Assembly: GCA_001802945.1 (NCBI GenBank) | Contig: MHAK01000077.1 | Location: forward strand, 37,520 to 101,519 | Direction: 5' to 3' | From: Ignavibacteria bacterium RIFCSPLOWO2_12_FULL_56_21 | GTDB taxonomy: Bacteria > Bacteroidota > Ignavibacteria > UBA10030 | Length of the DNA stretch: 64,000 nt | Program-made: the position numbers and the translations under genes | Shown here: one piece after another, positions 8,666 through 17,777 of the stretch | How positions within the stretch are numbered: position 1 is the stretch's first letter | Layout of the letters: each line of letters begins with the position of its first letter | The notes under the pieces: generated by a model | Database searches by the model: none | What the model was told of the DNA's origin: nothing | What the model saw: the letters and a program-made list of their open reading frames with translations, nothing else

Positions 8666-10039
8666 TCAGTGCAGAGGGGCGAATTTTGCCGTGAAGTGGC
8701 GAAGCACCGGAGACTCTTCGATAATGCGGTACCCGCGTAACTGGTTCCGTCGCTCAAACGTTTCCAGTATGACTTCCGCGACATAATCAATGTGGCTTTG
8801 GGTGTAAACGCGGCGCGGAATGGCAAGCCGGACCAGTTCCATGGGGGGCGGGATGAGAATTCCGTGTGCATCGTATTTTCCGAACATAACACTGCCGATT
8901 TCCACACTCCGTACACCCCCAACCCGGAAGAGTTCACACACCACCGCTTGTCCGGGATATTCGTGGGGAGGGACCTCCGGGAGGAAGGCTTTGGCGTCGA
9001 TATAAATGGCGTGTCCGCCGGGAGGTTCAACGATCGGGACCCCCTTGCTGATGATCTTCTCCGCCAAGTACTCCACAGACCGGACCCGGTATTTCAGGTA
9101 ATCTTCGTCCACCACTTCTTCGAGGCCTTGGGCAATGGCCTCGAGATCCCGTCCCGCCAGGCCGCCATATGTCGGGAAACCCTCCGTCACGATCAATAGA
9201 TTGCGCGCGCGGACGGCCAGGTCGCCGTCATTCATGGCAAGGAACCCGCCCATATTGACGAGGGCGTCTTTCTTGGCGCTCATTGTACATCCGTCCGCAT
9301 ATGAAAACATCTCTCGGGAGATCTCTTGCACCGACCTGCCAGCGTACGCCTTTTCGCGCAGCTTGATGAAATAGGCGTTTTCGGCGAAACGGCAAGCGTC
9401 GATAAAGAACGGTATCCCATAACTGTGTGCAATACGGCTCGCTTCGCGGATGTTTGCCATGGAAACCGGTTGACCACCCCCGCTGTTGTTCGTCACAGTA
9501 ATCATGACCAGCGGGACGGCTGCCGGTCCTTTGTCTCGCAGAAATGACTCCAGCGCTTCCAGGTCGATGTTCCCTTTGAAGTCTGCACGTAGCCTCGGTT
9601 GCATGCCCGCAGCGGGCAACAGGTCGACCGCTTCGGCACCCGAGGCTTCGATGTTTGCACGGGTCGTGTCAAAGTGTGTGTTGCTGGGAATCCACTTTCC
9701 GCGTCCTCCAACGATGCTAAAGAGGATTTTTTCCGCGGCTCGTCCCTGATGCACGGGGATGATATGCGTAAAACCCGTCAGCTCCCTCACAGTGCGCTCA
9801 AACCTGTAAAAGCTCCTCGAACCTGCATACGATTCGTCGCCATCCATGATTCCCGACCACTGTTTGGCGCTCATGGCGGACGTACCACTGTCGGTCAAAA
9901 GGTCGATCATGACATCGTCCGCATGAATGAGGAACGGATTGTACCATGCGCGCCGGAGGATCTCCTCCCGTTGTGCGACCGTCGAAAACCGAATGGGTTC
10001 GACCGACTTGATCTTGAACGGTTCGATGATGGTCTTCAT
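8666..10039 (-). CDS. tnaA: Tryptophanase-type beta-eliminating lyase (PLP-dependent)
   Basis: MKTIIEPFKIKSVEPI..IDLLTDSGTSAMS..RFAENAYFIK..SAKKDALVNMGG (PLP lysine)..VLRHFTAKF. The C-terminal and RFAENAYFIK blocks look closer to TnaA than to tyrosine phenol-lyase. ATG 10039 overlaps the bcp stop as ATGA. Confidence 0.85.
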   Translation of the reverse strand: MKTIIEPFKIKSVEPIRFSTVAQREEILRRAWYNPFLIHADDVMIDLLTDSGTSAMSAKQWSGIMDGDESYAGSRSFYRFERTVRELTGFTHIIPVHQGRAAEKILFSIVGGRGKWIPSNTHFDTTRANIEASGAEAVDLLPAAGMQPRLRADFKGNIDLEALESFLRDKGPAAVPLVMITVTNNSGGGQPVSMANIREASRIAHSYGIPFFIDACRFAENAYFIKLREKAYAGRSVQEISREMFSYADGCTMSAKKDALVNMGGFLAMNDGDLAVRARNLLIVTEGFPTYGGLAGRDLEAIAQGLEEVVDEDYLKYRVRSVEYLAEKIISKGVPIVEPPGGHAIYIDAKAFLPEVPPHEYPGQAVVCELFRVGGVRSVEIGSVMFGKYDAHGILIPPPMELVRLAIPRRVYTQSHIDYVAEVILETFERRNQLRGYRIIEESPVLRHFTAKFAPLH

Positions 10040-10533
10040 AGATTCCACGCCTTCCGATTATACGTGCGGAGTGCTTCATCCTCGCGCAGACGAACAAGGA
10101 CCCTCTTGACGTGTTTCCAGTGCCTGTCGATGAGGAGCTCGTGGTGGGCGATGCCTTTGATCATTCGATTCTTGTCGATAATGTAGGTGACGCGTCGAAT
10201 GGCTTTTCCGCCGAGCCAGCTTGCCCTGTAGTTGTGGCAGACCTCCAGGTGAGGATCGCTTGCGAGAGCGAACGGGAATCGGTATTTCTCGGCGAATTTG
10301 CGATGTTGTTCGACGGATTCGTTGTTGATGCCGATTAGGACGGCGTCGAGAGACTCGATCTCAAGGATATGATCGGCAAACAAGCACCCCTCTTTTGTGC
10401 ATCCCCACGTGAAATCGCGGGGATAGAAGTACAGAATGACATACTTCTGCCCCGTCTGATCGCTCAGACGAAAGCGAAGTCCGTTATGGAGCTGCAATTC
10501 AAAATCTGGTGCGGGCGAATCTATGCGGAGCAT
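10036..10533 (-). CDS. bcp: Thiol peroxidase Bcp/PrxQ
   Basis: APDFELQLHNG..YVILYFYPRDFTWGCTKEGC (Cys-x4-Cys). Confidence 0.9.
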   Translation of the reverse strand: MLRIDSPAPDFELQLHNGLRFRLSDQTGQKYVILYFYPRDFTWGCTKEGCLFADHILEIESLDAVLIGINNESVEQHRKFAEKYRFPFALASDPHLEVCHNYRASWLGGKAIRRVTYIIDKNRMIKGIAHHELLIDRHWKHVKRVLVRLREDEALRTYNRKAWNL

Positions 10534-10577
10534 GGTTCTCGAATGTCATGCAACCCTGGTAACAGCGACACCTGCTC

Positions 10578-11123
10578 TTACTCCGCGTCGTAGCGAATGA
10601 TCGCGTACGGGGTGTGCTGCGAGAGACGCCGTCGTCCGCCGAGGAAGGACAACTCAACGAGAAAACACACGCCAACGATCGTGGCGCCAAGTTCCAAGAC
10701 GAGCTTCAGCGCAGCTTCCATCGTTCCCCCTGTCGCCAAAAGATCATCGTGCATCAGGACGCGTTCACCAGTGCGAATGGCGTCCACGTGAATTTCGACC
10801 ACGTCGGTTCCGTACTCAAGGGCGTATTCCATCCGACGGGTCGGCCCGGGAAGCTTCCCGCGCTTTCGGACGGGCACAAATCCGGCGCCCAAGCGGTCGG
10901 CCACGGCGGCGCCCAGAACAAAACCCCTTGATTCGATGCCGACGACTTTATCTATACGTTCGTCCTTGTATCGATCGGCGAGGAGTGAAACGGCCTGACG
11001 CAGGGCCTGACCGTCCTTCAGGAGGGTCGTGATGTCGCGGAAGACGATTCCCTTCCTCGGAAAATCCGGGATATTCCTAACCTTCGCTGTGAGCGATTTC
11101 ACAATGTCAGATGAGTCTACCAC
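10578..11123 (-). CDS. apt: Adenine phosphoribosyltransferase
   Basis: IPDFPRKGIVFRDITTLL..VVGIESRGF..VLMHDDLLATGGT (PRPP motif). Apparent GTG start. Confidence 0.93.
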   Translation of the reverse strand: MVDSSDIVKSLTAKVRNIPDFPRKGIVFRDITTLLKDGQALRQAVSLLADRYKDERIDKVVGIESRGFVLGAAVADRLGAGFVPVRKRGKLPGPTRRMEYALEYGTDVVEIHVDAIRTGERVLMHDDLLATGGTMEAALKLVLELGATIVGVCFLVELSFLGGRRRLSQHTPYAIIRYDAE

Positions 11124-11899
11124 TGCAGAGGCTCCTTTCTCAAAAATGCGTCGATGCCTTTCTTGCAGTCTTCCGTCATCCGCGTCAGAGCGTTGAGATT
11201 GGCCGCGTATTCGAGGGCATCGGTCGTCGACATTCCGTGGATCCTGCCAAGCAGCTCTTTCACGAGTCCCATAGAGGAGCCGCTGTTCCTGGTGATGAGT
11301 TCATCTGCGAGCCTTCGGCCGGCTTCGTCCAATTCGATCGCGGGAACCGTCGAGTTCACGAGTCCGATTTCCATTGCTTCTTCTGCACCGATCGTGTGCC
11401 CGCGGAGCGTGAGTTCGCGGGCCCGGGACTCTCCGACCCTGCGCAACAGGAAGACCATGACGAGCGCGGGGATAAAGCCGATCCGAACCTCCGTATAGCC
11501 GAACTGTGCCGTTTCTCGAGCCGCGATGACAATGTCGCAGACCGTAGCGAGACCGCACCCGCCGGCGAGCGCCGCACCTTGCACGAGCCCGATCACCGGC
11601 TTGCGAAGGGCGTAAATCTGCTGGAACAGCTTCATCAGTTGGAGCGAATCCTTCTGATTCTGGTTGAAATCAAACGTGGAGATCCTGCGAAGATAGGCAA
11701 GGTCGGCCCCCGAACAAAATGATTCCCCATCCGCGCGGAGCAGGACCACCTTAACGGCGGCATCCCGGAGGGCCGTCTGGAAGGCGGCTGAAAGCTCCTC
11801 CACCATAATGTCGTCGAGGGCGTTGTGCTTGTCAGGTCGGCTGAGCGTTATGACAGCAGTTCGGCGATCGACCGTGTATTTTATGCGAGTAAAGTCCAT
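11117..11899 (-). CDS. Enoyl-CoA hydratase/isomerase (crotonase) family protein
   Basis: FCSGADL and GAALAGGCGLA oxyanion-hole blocks; 260 aa. Confidence 0.9.
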   Translation of the reverse strand: MDFTRIKYTVDRRTAVITLSRPDKHNALDDIMVEELSAAFQTALRDAAVKVVLLRADGESFCSGADLAYLRRISTFDFNQNQKDSLQLMKLFQQIYALRKPVIGLVQGAALAGGCGLATVCDIVIAARETAQFGYTEVRIGFIPALVMVFLLRRVGESRARELTLRGHTIGAEEAMEIGLVNSTVPAIELDEAGRRLADELITRNSGSSMGLVKELLGRIHGMSTTDALEYAANLNALTRMTEDCKKGIDAFLRKEPLQW

Positions 11900-11965
11900 G
11901 GTTGGCCGCAGAAAACCTACTGAACAAGGGGACGAAATGCAACCGAACGGGGAATCCCGAAAACG

Positions 11966-11995
11966 CGAAATCCCGGCCCTGCGACCGGGATTTCG
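11966..11995 (-). terminator. Hairpin downstream of glnA
   Basis: CGAAATCCCGG-8 nt-CCGGGATTTCG (11-bp stem), 29 nt after the glnA stop. On the minus strand it is followed by GCGTTTTCGG. Confidence 0.55.
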
Positions 11996-12023
11996 ACCCC
12001 GACTTCACGTTGTATGCGACAGC

Positions 12024-13457
12024 CTACGCGTCGTAATACATCATGAACTCATACGGATGTGGACGAAGCTGCATCGGCTTAACTTCTTTGAACATTTTGT
12101 ACTCGATCCATGTTTCGATAAGGTCCTTGGTAAAGACATCACCGCGAAGGAGAAAGTCGTGGTCCTTCTTGAGGGCTTTCAAAGCTTCTTCCAAGGAACC
12201 GGGAGTATTCGGAACGTCGCGCAATTGCTCGGGAGACATTTCGTAAATATCCTTGTCAAGCGGTTTACCCGGGTCGATCTTATTGATGATCCCGTCGAGG
12301 CCCGCCATGAGAAGCGCGGGAAAGCCGAGGTACGGATTGCAGATCGGATCGGGGCACCGGAATTCGATCCGTTTGGACTTCGGATTCGAAGAATACATCG
12401 GGATGCGGACCGACGCAGACCGATTACGCTGGGAATAGGCCAGATTTACGGGAGCTTCATATCCAGGCACAAGCCGCTTGTACGAGTTCGTAGTTGGGTT
12501 TGTCAACGCACACAATGCAGGTGCATGCTTGAGAATTCCTCCGATATAATGCATCGCCATTTCGCTCAAACCCGCATACCCAGTCCCGGCAAACAGCGGT
12601 TTCCCCGCTTTCCAGAGGCTTTGGTGGACGTGCATCCCCGATCCATTGTCGCCGAAGATGGGCTTCGGCATGAACGTCACGGTCTTTCCGTTTTTCTTCG
12701 CAACGTTCTTTGTGACGTACTTGTACAGCAGGTAGTTGTCTGCCATTTTCGTAAGAGTTGTCCGGCGCATGTCAATTTCGGTTTGTCCGGCCGTGGCAAC
12801 TTCGTGGTGATGGACCTCGACGTCCACACCGACACTCTGCAGCGTGAGAACCATTTCGGAACGAAGGTCCTGGAGGGTGTCCAGGGGAGCGACCGGAAAA
12901 TATCCTTCCTTGTATCTGGGGCGATGGCCGAGGTTTGGACGTGTTTCTTGACCGCTGTTCCAGATCCCTTCGTCGGAATCGACGAAATAGAAGCTGTAGT
13001 TCGTTGACTGATCGAAGCGAACATTGTCGAGGATGAAGAACTCGGGTTCCGGACCGAAATATGCGGTGTCGGCGATGCCTGTGGTTTTCAAATACGATTC
13101 CGCTTTTTGGGCGATATAGCGGGGGTCGCGCGAATAGGGTTCTTTCGTGATCGGATCCGCGATATCGCATGTCAGACTGATGGTCGGCACAGCTGTGAAT
13201 GGGTCGAGAAAGACCGACGTGGGATCGGGATACAGGAGCATGTCGCTCTCATGTATCCGTTGGAATCCCCGTATGCTCGACCCGTCAAACCCAATGCCGT
13301 CTTCAAACGTTTCCGCTGAGAATTCATTCGTCGTCACGGAAAAATGGTGCCATTGACCGAGCATGTCTGTGAATTTGAGGTCCACGATCTTGACATCCCG
13401 GTCCTTCATGAGCTTGAACACCTTCTCGATCTCGGACGCGCCTTTGGATTTGGCCAT
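12024..13457 (-). CDS. glnA: Glutamine synthetase, type I
   Basis: 477 aa. Full-length GSI-like sequence ([16 protein letters not shown]..; [11 protein letters not shown]; NPYL). GAAGGAG lies 6 nt upstream of the ATG. Confidence 0.95.
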   Translation of the reverse strand: MAKSKGASEIEKVFKLMKDRDVKIVDLKFTDMLGQWHHFSVTTNEFSAETFEDGIGFDGSSIRGFQRIHESDMLLYPDPTSVFLDPFTAVPTISLTCDIADPITKEPYSRDPRYIAQKAESYLKTTGIADTAYFGPEPEFFILDNVRFDQSTNYSFYFVDSDEGIWNSGQETRPNLGHRPRYKEGYFPVAPLDTLQDLRSEMVLTLQSVGVDVEVHHHEVATAGQTEIDMRRTTLTKMADNYLLYKYVTKNVAKKNGKTVTFMPKPIFGDNGSGMHVHQSLWKAGKPLFAGTGYAGLSEMAMHYIGGILKHAPALCALTNPTTNSYKRLVPGYEAPVNLAYSQRNRSASVRIPMYSSNPKSKRIEFRCPDPICNPYLGFPALLMAGLDGIINKIDPGKPLDKDIYEMSPEQLRDVPNTPGSLEEALKALKKDHDFLLRGDVFTKDLIETWIEYKMFKEVKPMQLRPHPYEFMMYYDA

Positions 13458-13487
13458 GCGGGCTCCTTCGTTGGATTGACGTGAGAG

Positions 13488-13949
13488 TTATGATGGATTT
13501 GGTATTTTAATGCGAAACGTTTCTTTTTGAGTTGAGAGAACGACGTTGGTCGATGTCTTCGTGACGCCGACCCATGATTGAATTCGGGCGAGAAGCTTCT
13601 CAAGGCTTGCGGTCGTGTCGGTGCGGACCTTCAGGATGTGCGTACCCTCTCCTGTGACGGCGTGGCACTCGAGTACTTCGTCGGAAGCATTGGCATGGTC
13701 GACGAGCGCGGTGAAATGCTTTGAAGAATCGACGGTCACGGTGACGAAGGCGGTGATGTCTTTTCCAAGCTTCTTGTGATCGACCTTGGCAAAGTAGCCC
13801 TGGATGATCCCATGCTCTTCAAGTTTGCGAAGTCGTTCGCTGGCGGCAGGCAGTGAGAGTCCGACCTTCTCGGCCAGTTCATTACGTCGCGTCCGCCCCT
13901 GCTTTTGAAGGAGCTCGAGAATCGTGCAGTCGATAGCGTCCAGGGTCAT
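13488..13949 (-). CDS. Lrp/AsnC-family transcriptional regulator
   Basis: LDAIDCTILELLQKQGRTRRNELAEKVGLSLPAASERLRKLEEHGII helix-turn-helix plus a C-terminal RAM-like domain. Confidence 0.9.
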   Translation of the reverse strand: MTLDAIDCTILELLQKQGRTRRNELAEKVGLSLPAASERLRKLEEHGIIQGYFAKVDHKKLGKDITAFVTVTVDSSKHFTALVDHANASDEVLECHAVTGEGTHILKVRTDTTASLEKLLARIQSWVGVTKTSTNVVLSTQKETFRIKIPNPS

Positions 13950-14029
13950 AGTAGACCTAAGTAACTTAAGAAAACATGCGCACAGGCCTTAGAAAGGTAA
14001 GGTCAGATGCGGAAAAAGTCAAGGGAAAT

Positions 14030-14066
14030 AACAAGAAAAAGCCGCCTCAATACGTGAGGCGGCTTT
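14030..14066 (-). terminator. Rho-independent terminator after nagA
   Basis: Minus strand reads GCCGCCTCA-cgtat-TGAGGCGGC followed by TTTTTCTTGTT, 13 nt after the nagA stop. Confidence 0.8.
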
Positions 14067-14078
14067 GGACTGGACGTA

Positions 14079-15236
14079 TCAGCGTTGATACTTGACGGAC
14101 CCCTGGAAGAGCGTCAACTGAACGTTAAAGCCGCGGTCCATGACAACGAGGTCAGCATCCTTGCCGACGGCAATGATGCCTTTGAGATGTTCGAGTCCCA
14201 GGACCTTCGCACCATTTAGTGACGCCATGCGGACAGCATCCGTCAGCGGAACGTGCACCTGTTCGACCATCGTTCGAATGGCGGCATTCATCGTCAGCAT
14301 GCTGCCGGCCAGCGTACCGTCCGAAAGATAGGCGCGTTTCGCCTTGACGAAGATCGTCTGGTCCATGAAGGAATATTCGCCGTCGGGCATTCCGGATGCG
14401 CGAATGGCGTCTGTCACAAGAATGATCCCGCCCGAGCCCTTGATATTGTAGATGAGTTCCATCACGCCGGGATGGACATGAATGCCGTCGGCGATCAGTT
14501 CCACCTTCAATTCATTGTGCAAGAGGGCTGCAAGCGCGACGCCAGGCTCCCGGTGATGGAATGGCTTCATGGCATTGAACATATGAGTGACGTGTGCCAC
14601 GCCATAGTCGATGCCAAACAGCACCTCTTCGTACGTTGCCGATGAATGACCGATAGAAAGGACCACGCCGTGACGGGCGGCCTCACGCATCACGACCTCA
14701 ATTCCCGGCAGTTCCGGTGCGATGGTCATCAGCCGGATGTATTTCCCGCCGGCACCCAGCAGCCTCTTCCATCCTTCGACATTCGGCTTCCACAAATATT
14801 CGGCCTTCATCGCACCGTGGAGTTCCGGATTGATGAACGGTCCCTCCAGGTGTACTCCGAGGACATTCGTATCTCCTGCGTGTCGTTCCGCAAACCCCGC
14901 AAGGCGCGTCACATCTGCGACCATGTCCCTTTCAGCTTTGCTGTACAGCGCGGCGAGCAGACCTGTCGTACCGTGTGCAAAGAAGAACGTCGAGATCTTC
15001 TGTACCGCTTCGTCGCTCTTGTCGGCGAAGCCGGCCCCTCCGCCGCCGTGCACGAGAAGGTCGATGAATCCAGGCGTCAGCATCATGCCGGTCATATCGT
15101 AGACCTTTGCTTCGGCTGGGATCGCAAACTCGCGGGGACCTCCGACAGCGGAGATCTTCTTCCCCTCCACAAGAACAACGCCCCGTTCTACGATGCGGAA
15201 CGGCGTGATAACGTCGACATTCTTGATCGCGATCAT
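14079..15236 (-). CDS. nagA: N-acetylglucosamine-6-phosphate deacetylase
   Basis: Start moved to ATG 15236 (MIAIKNVDVITP..). The longer track ORF would overlap rpe. Motifs: GFIDLLVHGGGGAGF and HLEGPFINPE. Confidence 0.9.
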   Translation of the reverse strand: MIAIKNVDVITPFRIVERGVVLVEGKKISAVGGPREFAIPAEAKVYDMTGMMLTPGFIDLLVHGGGGAGFADKSDEAVQKISTFFFAHGTTGLLAALYSKAERDMVADVTRLAGFAERHAGDTNVLGVHLEGPFINPELHGAMKAEYLWKPNVEGWKRLLGAGGKYIRLMTIAPELPGIEVVMREAARHGVVLSIGHSSATYEEVLFGIDYGVAHVTHMFNAMKPFHHREPGVALAALLHNELKVELIADGIHVHPGVMELIYNIKGSGGIILVTDAIRASGMPDGEYSFMDQTIFVKAKRAYLSDGTLAGSMLTMNAAIRTMVEQVHVPLTDAVRMASLNGAKVLGLEHLKGIIAVGKDADLVVMDRGFNVQLTLFQGSVKYQR

Positions 15237-15247
15237 GGTCGTGTGCC

Positions 15248-15919
15248 TCAGGCGGTGACCCGGAGCTCTGCCGCAGACCGCATGCCCGCGATCGCGGCGC
15301 GGAGATCGCGCTGCCGAAAGATTGACGTGCCGGCAACAAGCGTATCGGCCCCGGCCCGCACACACGGACCCGCGTTCGCCACATCAATTCCTCCATCGAC
15401 TTCGATGCGGATCGTGCGCCCGGACGATATGACCATCCTACGGACTTCAGCAATCTTTTCAAGCGTTAGAGGTATGAATTGCTGTCCACCGAACCCGGGA
15501 TTGACCGACATGACGAGGATGAGGTCGATATCTGGTAGGACCGGGGCGACCGCCGACGCCGGCGTCGCAGGGTTGATGGCAACTCCGGCCTTCGCGCCGA
15601 GTTCGTGGATCCTGTTCAATGTACGATGCAAATGACGGCACACTTCCGCGTGTACCGTGATAAGGTCGGCCCCCGCCGAGCGGAAGGCATCCAGATACGT
15701 ATCGGGATCTTCGATCATCAGGTGAGTGTCAAAGGGCAGGCTCGTTACGGGACGGAGAGCACTGATGATCGGCGGTCCGAATGAGATGTTGGGGACGAAA
15801 TGGCCGTCCATCACGTCGAGATGTATCCAATCAGCGCCCCCCCGTTCGGCGTCGAGAACTTGATCGCCAAGACGGGTGAAATCGGCCGCAAGTATTGACG
15901 GTGCGATGACGAGGCTCAC
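15248..15919 (-). CDS. rpe: Ribulose-phosphate 3-epimerase
   Basis: IAPSILAADF..HLDVMDGHFVPNISFG..GFGGQQF. GTG start. Confidence 0.95.
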   Translation of the reverse strand: MSLVIAPSILAADFTRLGDQVLDAERGGADWIHLDVMDGHFVPNISFGPPIISALRPVTSLPFDTHLMIEDPDTYLDAFRSAGADLITVHAEVCRHLHRTLNRIHELGAKAGVAINPATPASAVAPVLPDIDLILVMSVNPGFGGQQFIPLTLEKIAEVRRMVISSGRTIRIEVDGGIDVANAGPCVRAGADTLVAGTSIFRQRDLRAAIAGMRSAAELRVTA

Positions 15920-15920
15920 G

Positions 15921-16688
15921 TCAGTTCTCCATTGTCGCCCGCGGATCGACTTTTTGCGCTACAAAGAGGTCCACCGCCTGTCCGAAAACTGCAAGCTCTC
16001 CGGACTTGGGATATTGCTCAATGACCGTATTGGGTAGCAGGTCCTGGCTCACCTGGTGATTGATGGCGCCGACCTTAAAGCCCGCTTGCAGCAGCAATCG
16101 CTGGGCTTCCGTCAACGATTTCAGCGTAACGTTTGGAACAGCGCGTTTCTCTCCCGGTTTCCCTTGGCTCACGACGATCGCGATTGACGACCCGGATCGT
16201 GCTTTGCGTCCGGGCTCCACGGATTGGGAAATCACGGTGTTCATGAAGATGTCTTCGGAGGGAGTGAATTGAACATCGCCCATGCGAAGTCCTGCTCGTT
16301 CCAGCGTAAATACGGCTTCACGGAGAGACTTTCCGCGAAGATTCGGCACCGACACCATAATCTCACCGCCGCTTACGGTCAGGTAGATACCCCTACCGTA
16401 TTTTACCTCTGCATTTGGCGGGGGAACTTGAAATGCCACAGTACCGATCGGGAATTGCTTGTCCGGTCGAATTTCCGCCTCTTTAGGAACGAGGCCGGCT
16501 TGTGTGAGCATTACCTTTGCCTCTTCAAGCGGCAACCCGACAACGGACGGTACGGCAGTGGATTTTCCCTGCTCTGTGAACCACGGCATAAGAACGTTAT
16601 CGACAAGAATGAATAGCAGTACGAAAACGCCGAAGGCGATAAGAGACTGACGGGAGAGATTTCGGAGGGACTGTCTCGAAATGGGCAT
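15921..16688 (-). CDS. Membrane-anchored protein with three PASTA domains and no kinase or PBP domain
   Basis: N-terminal TM helix LIAFGVFVLLFILV. Three repeats follow: VPSVVGLPLEEAKVMLTQAGL, VPNLRGKSLREAVFTLERAGL and VPNVTLKSLTEAQRLLLQAGF. Confidence 0.85.
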   Translation of the reverse strand: MPISRQSLRNLSRQSLIAFGVFVLLFILVDNVLMPWFTEQGKSTAVPSVVGLPLEEAKVMLTQAGLVPKEAEIRPDKQFPIGTVAFQVPPPNAEVKYGRGIYLTVSGGEIMVSVPNLRGKSLREAVFTLERAGLRMGDVQFTPSEDIFMNTVISQSVEPGRKARSGSSIAIVVSQGKPGEKRAVPNVTLKSLTEAQRLLLQAGFKVGAINHQVSQDLLPNTVIEQYPKSGELAVFGQAVDLFVAQKVDPRATMEN

Positions 16689-16706
16689 GTAGTCTATTGT
16701 ACTAAG

Positions 16707-17777
16707 ATGTGTTCTGAGTTACAACAATTCCACGGTCGATTGCAGCCCATTCCATTGTTTCGTATCATCATCGCGATGAGCATCACTGGATCGATGGAGC
16801 CCGCACCATGGACAGCCGAGCAGGAGAACATCCTGCGAACCGTACTGTACTTCGACCTCTTCCGTCATCCGCTGTCCCTCGGTGAGTTGGAGCGTTTTCT
16901 GCCGTCGCCCGTGTCGGGCGAGCTGCGGTCTGTAATCGAACATGGGCCTCTTGCGTCAGTGTTGATTCTTGATAAAGGATATGTTCGGATTGCCGTGCGT
17001 TCTAAGACCATCATCGAAGAACGCGAGCACAAAGAACGCCGCGCAAGGAAACTCTGGCGCATTGCCCGGTTCCTGGGGATTGCTCTGCGCCACATCCCCT
17101 ACGTGAGATGCGTGTGCGTATCGGGTGAGCTGTCCAAGGGGGTCGCAAGCTCATCGTCCGATATCGATCTCTTTGTCATAACCGCAGGAGGACGGATCTG
17201 GGTGACGCGAGCCATTCTGACCGCGATCAAGAAAGTGCTCTTCCTGAACAGCAAGCGATATTTCTGTTTGAACCATTTCATCGATGAAGACCACTTGACC
17301 TTCGGTGACAGGAATATCTATACAGCTCTGGAGATCGTGACGCTCCGTCCGTTGTGTGGCGAAAAGCTCTATCGCAAGTACCTCCAGGCGAACGATTGGA
17401 CGCGCGAATATGTTCCGAACGCTATCCAGGATGCACACTTGACCCCGCCACGGCGTGACTCGCAGTCGTATGTGCAACGATGTATGGAGGCACTTTTTCC
17501 TGCTGCGCTCGTCGACCGCTGGGATATGCAACTTTTCGAATTCTGGACCCGGCTCTGGAGGCGTCGATACCCTGAACTTTCACCCGAGGCCCTGCGTCAC
17601 CAATTTCAATCGTCCCGATTTATCTCGACAGCGTACGGCCAGGACATGCTCGCACGCGTCATGGCTCGTTACCAAGAACTGCTCATAGAATTCCGCTGCG
17701 CCCCTCCCGAGAAGCCATCAGGAGGCATATCGCGAACGGCGTCGGCGGCCGCCGGATTATGGCCGACGTACTCCTGA
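16707..17777 (+). CDS. Nucleotidyltransferase-fold protein (start uncertain; Met24 at 16776 is an alternative)
   Basis: CVSGELSKGVASSSSDIDLFVIT fits the G-S-x(9-12)-DxD NTase signature. The 3' end overlaps the next gene by 19 nt. Confidence 0.65.
   Translation: MCSELQQFHGRLQPIPLFRIIIAMSITGSMEPAPWTAEQENILRTVLYFDLFRHPLSLGELERFLPSPVSGELRSVIEHGPLASVLILDKGYVRIAVRSKTIIEEREHKERRARKLWRIARFLGIALRHIPYVRCVCVSGELSKGVASSSSDIDLFVITAGGRIWVTRAILTAIKKVLFLNSKRYFCLNHFIDEDHLTFGDRNIYTALEIVTLRPLCGEKLYRKYLQANDWTREYVPNAIQDAHLTPPRRDSQSYVQRCMEALFPAALVDRWDMQLFEFWTRLWRRRYPELSPEALRHQFQSSRFISTAYGQDMLARVMARYQELLIEFRCAPPEKPSGGISRTASAAAGLWPTYS

Noticed and set aside
11808-13007. 399-aa plus-strand ORF
   Set aside because: It is antisense to glnA and to the crotonase gene start. 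No motifs were recognised, and it is a mirror-frame artefact of a highly conserved gene.
14646-15635. 329-aa plus-strand ORF
   Set aside because: It lies entirely antisense to nagA and rpe, which have unmistakable motifs. Its Arg/Pro/Ser-rich composition is typical of shadow ORFs in GC-rich DNA.
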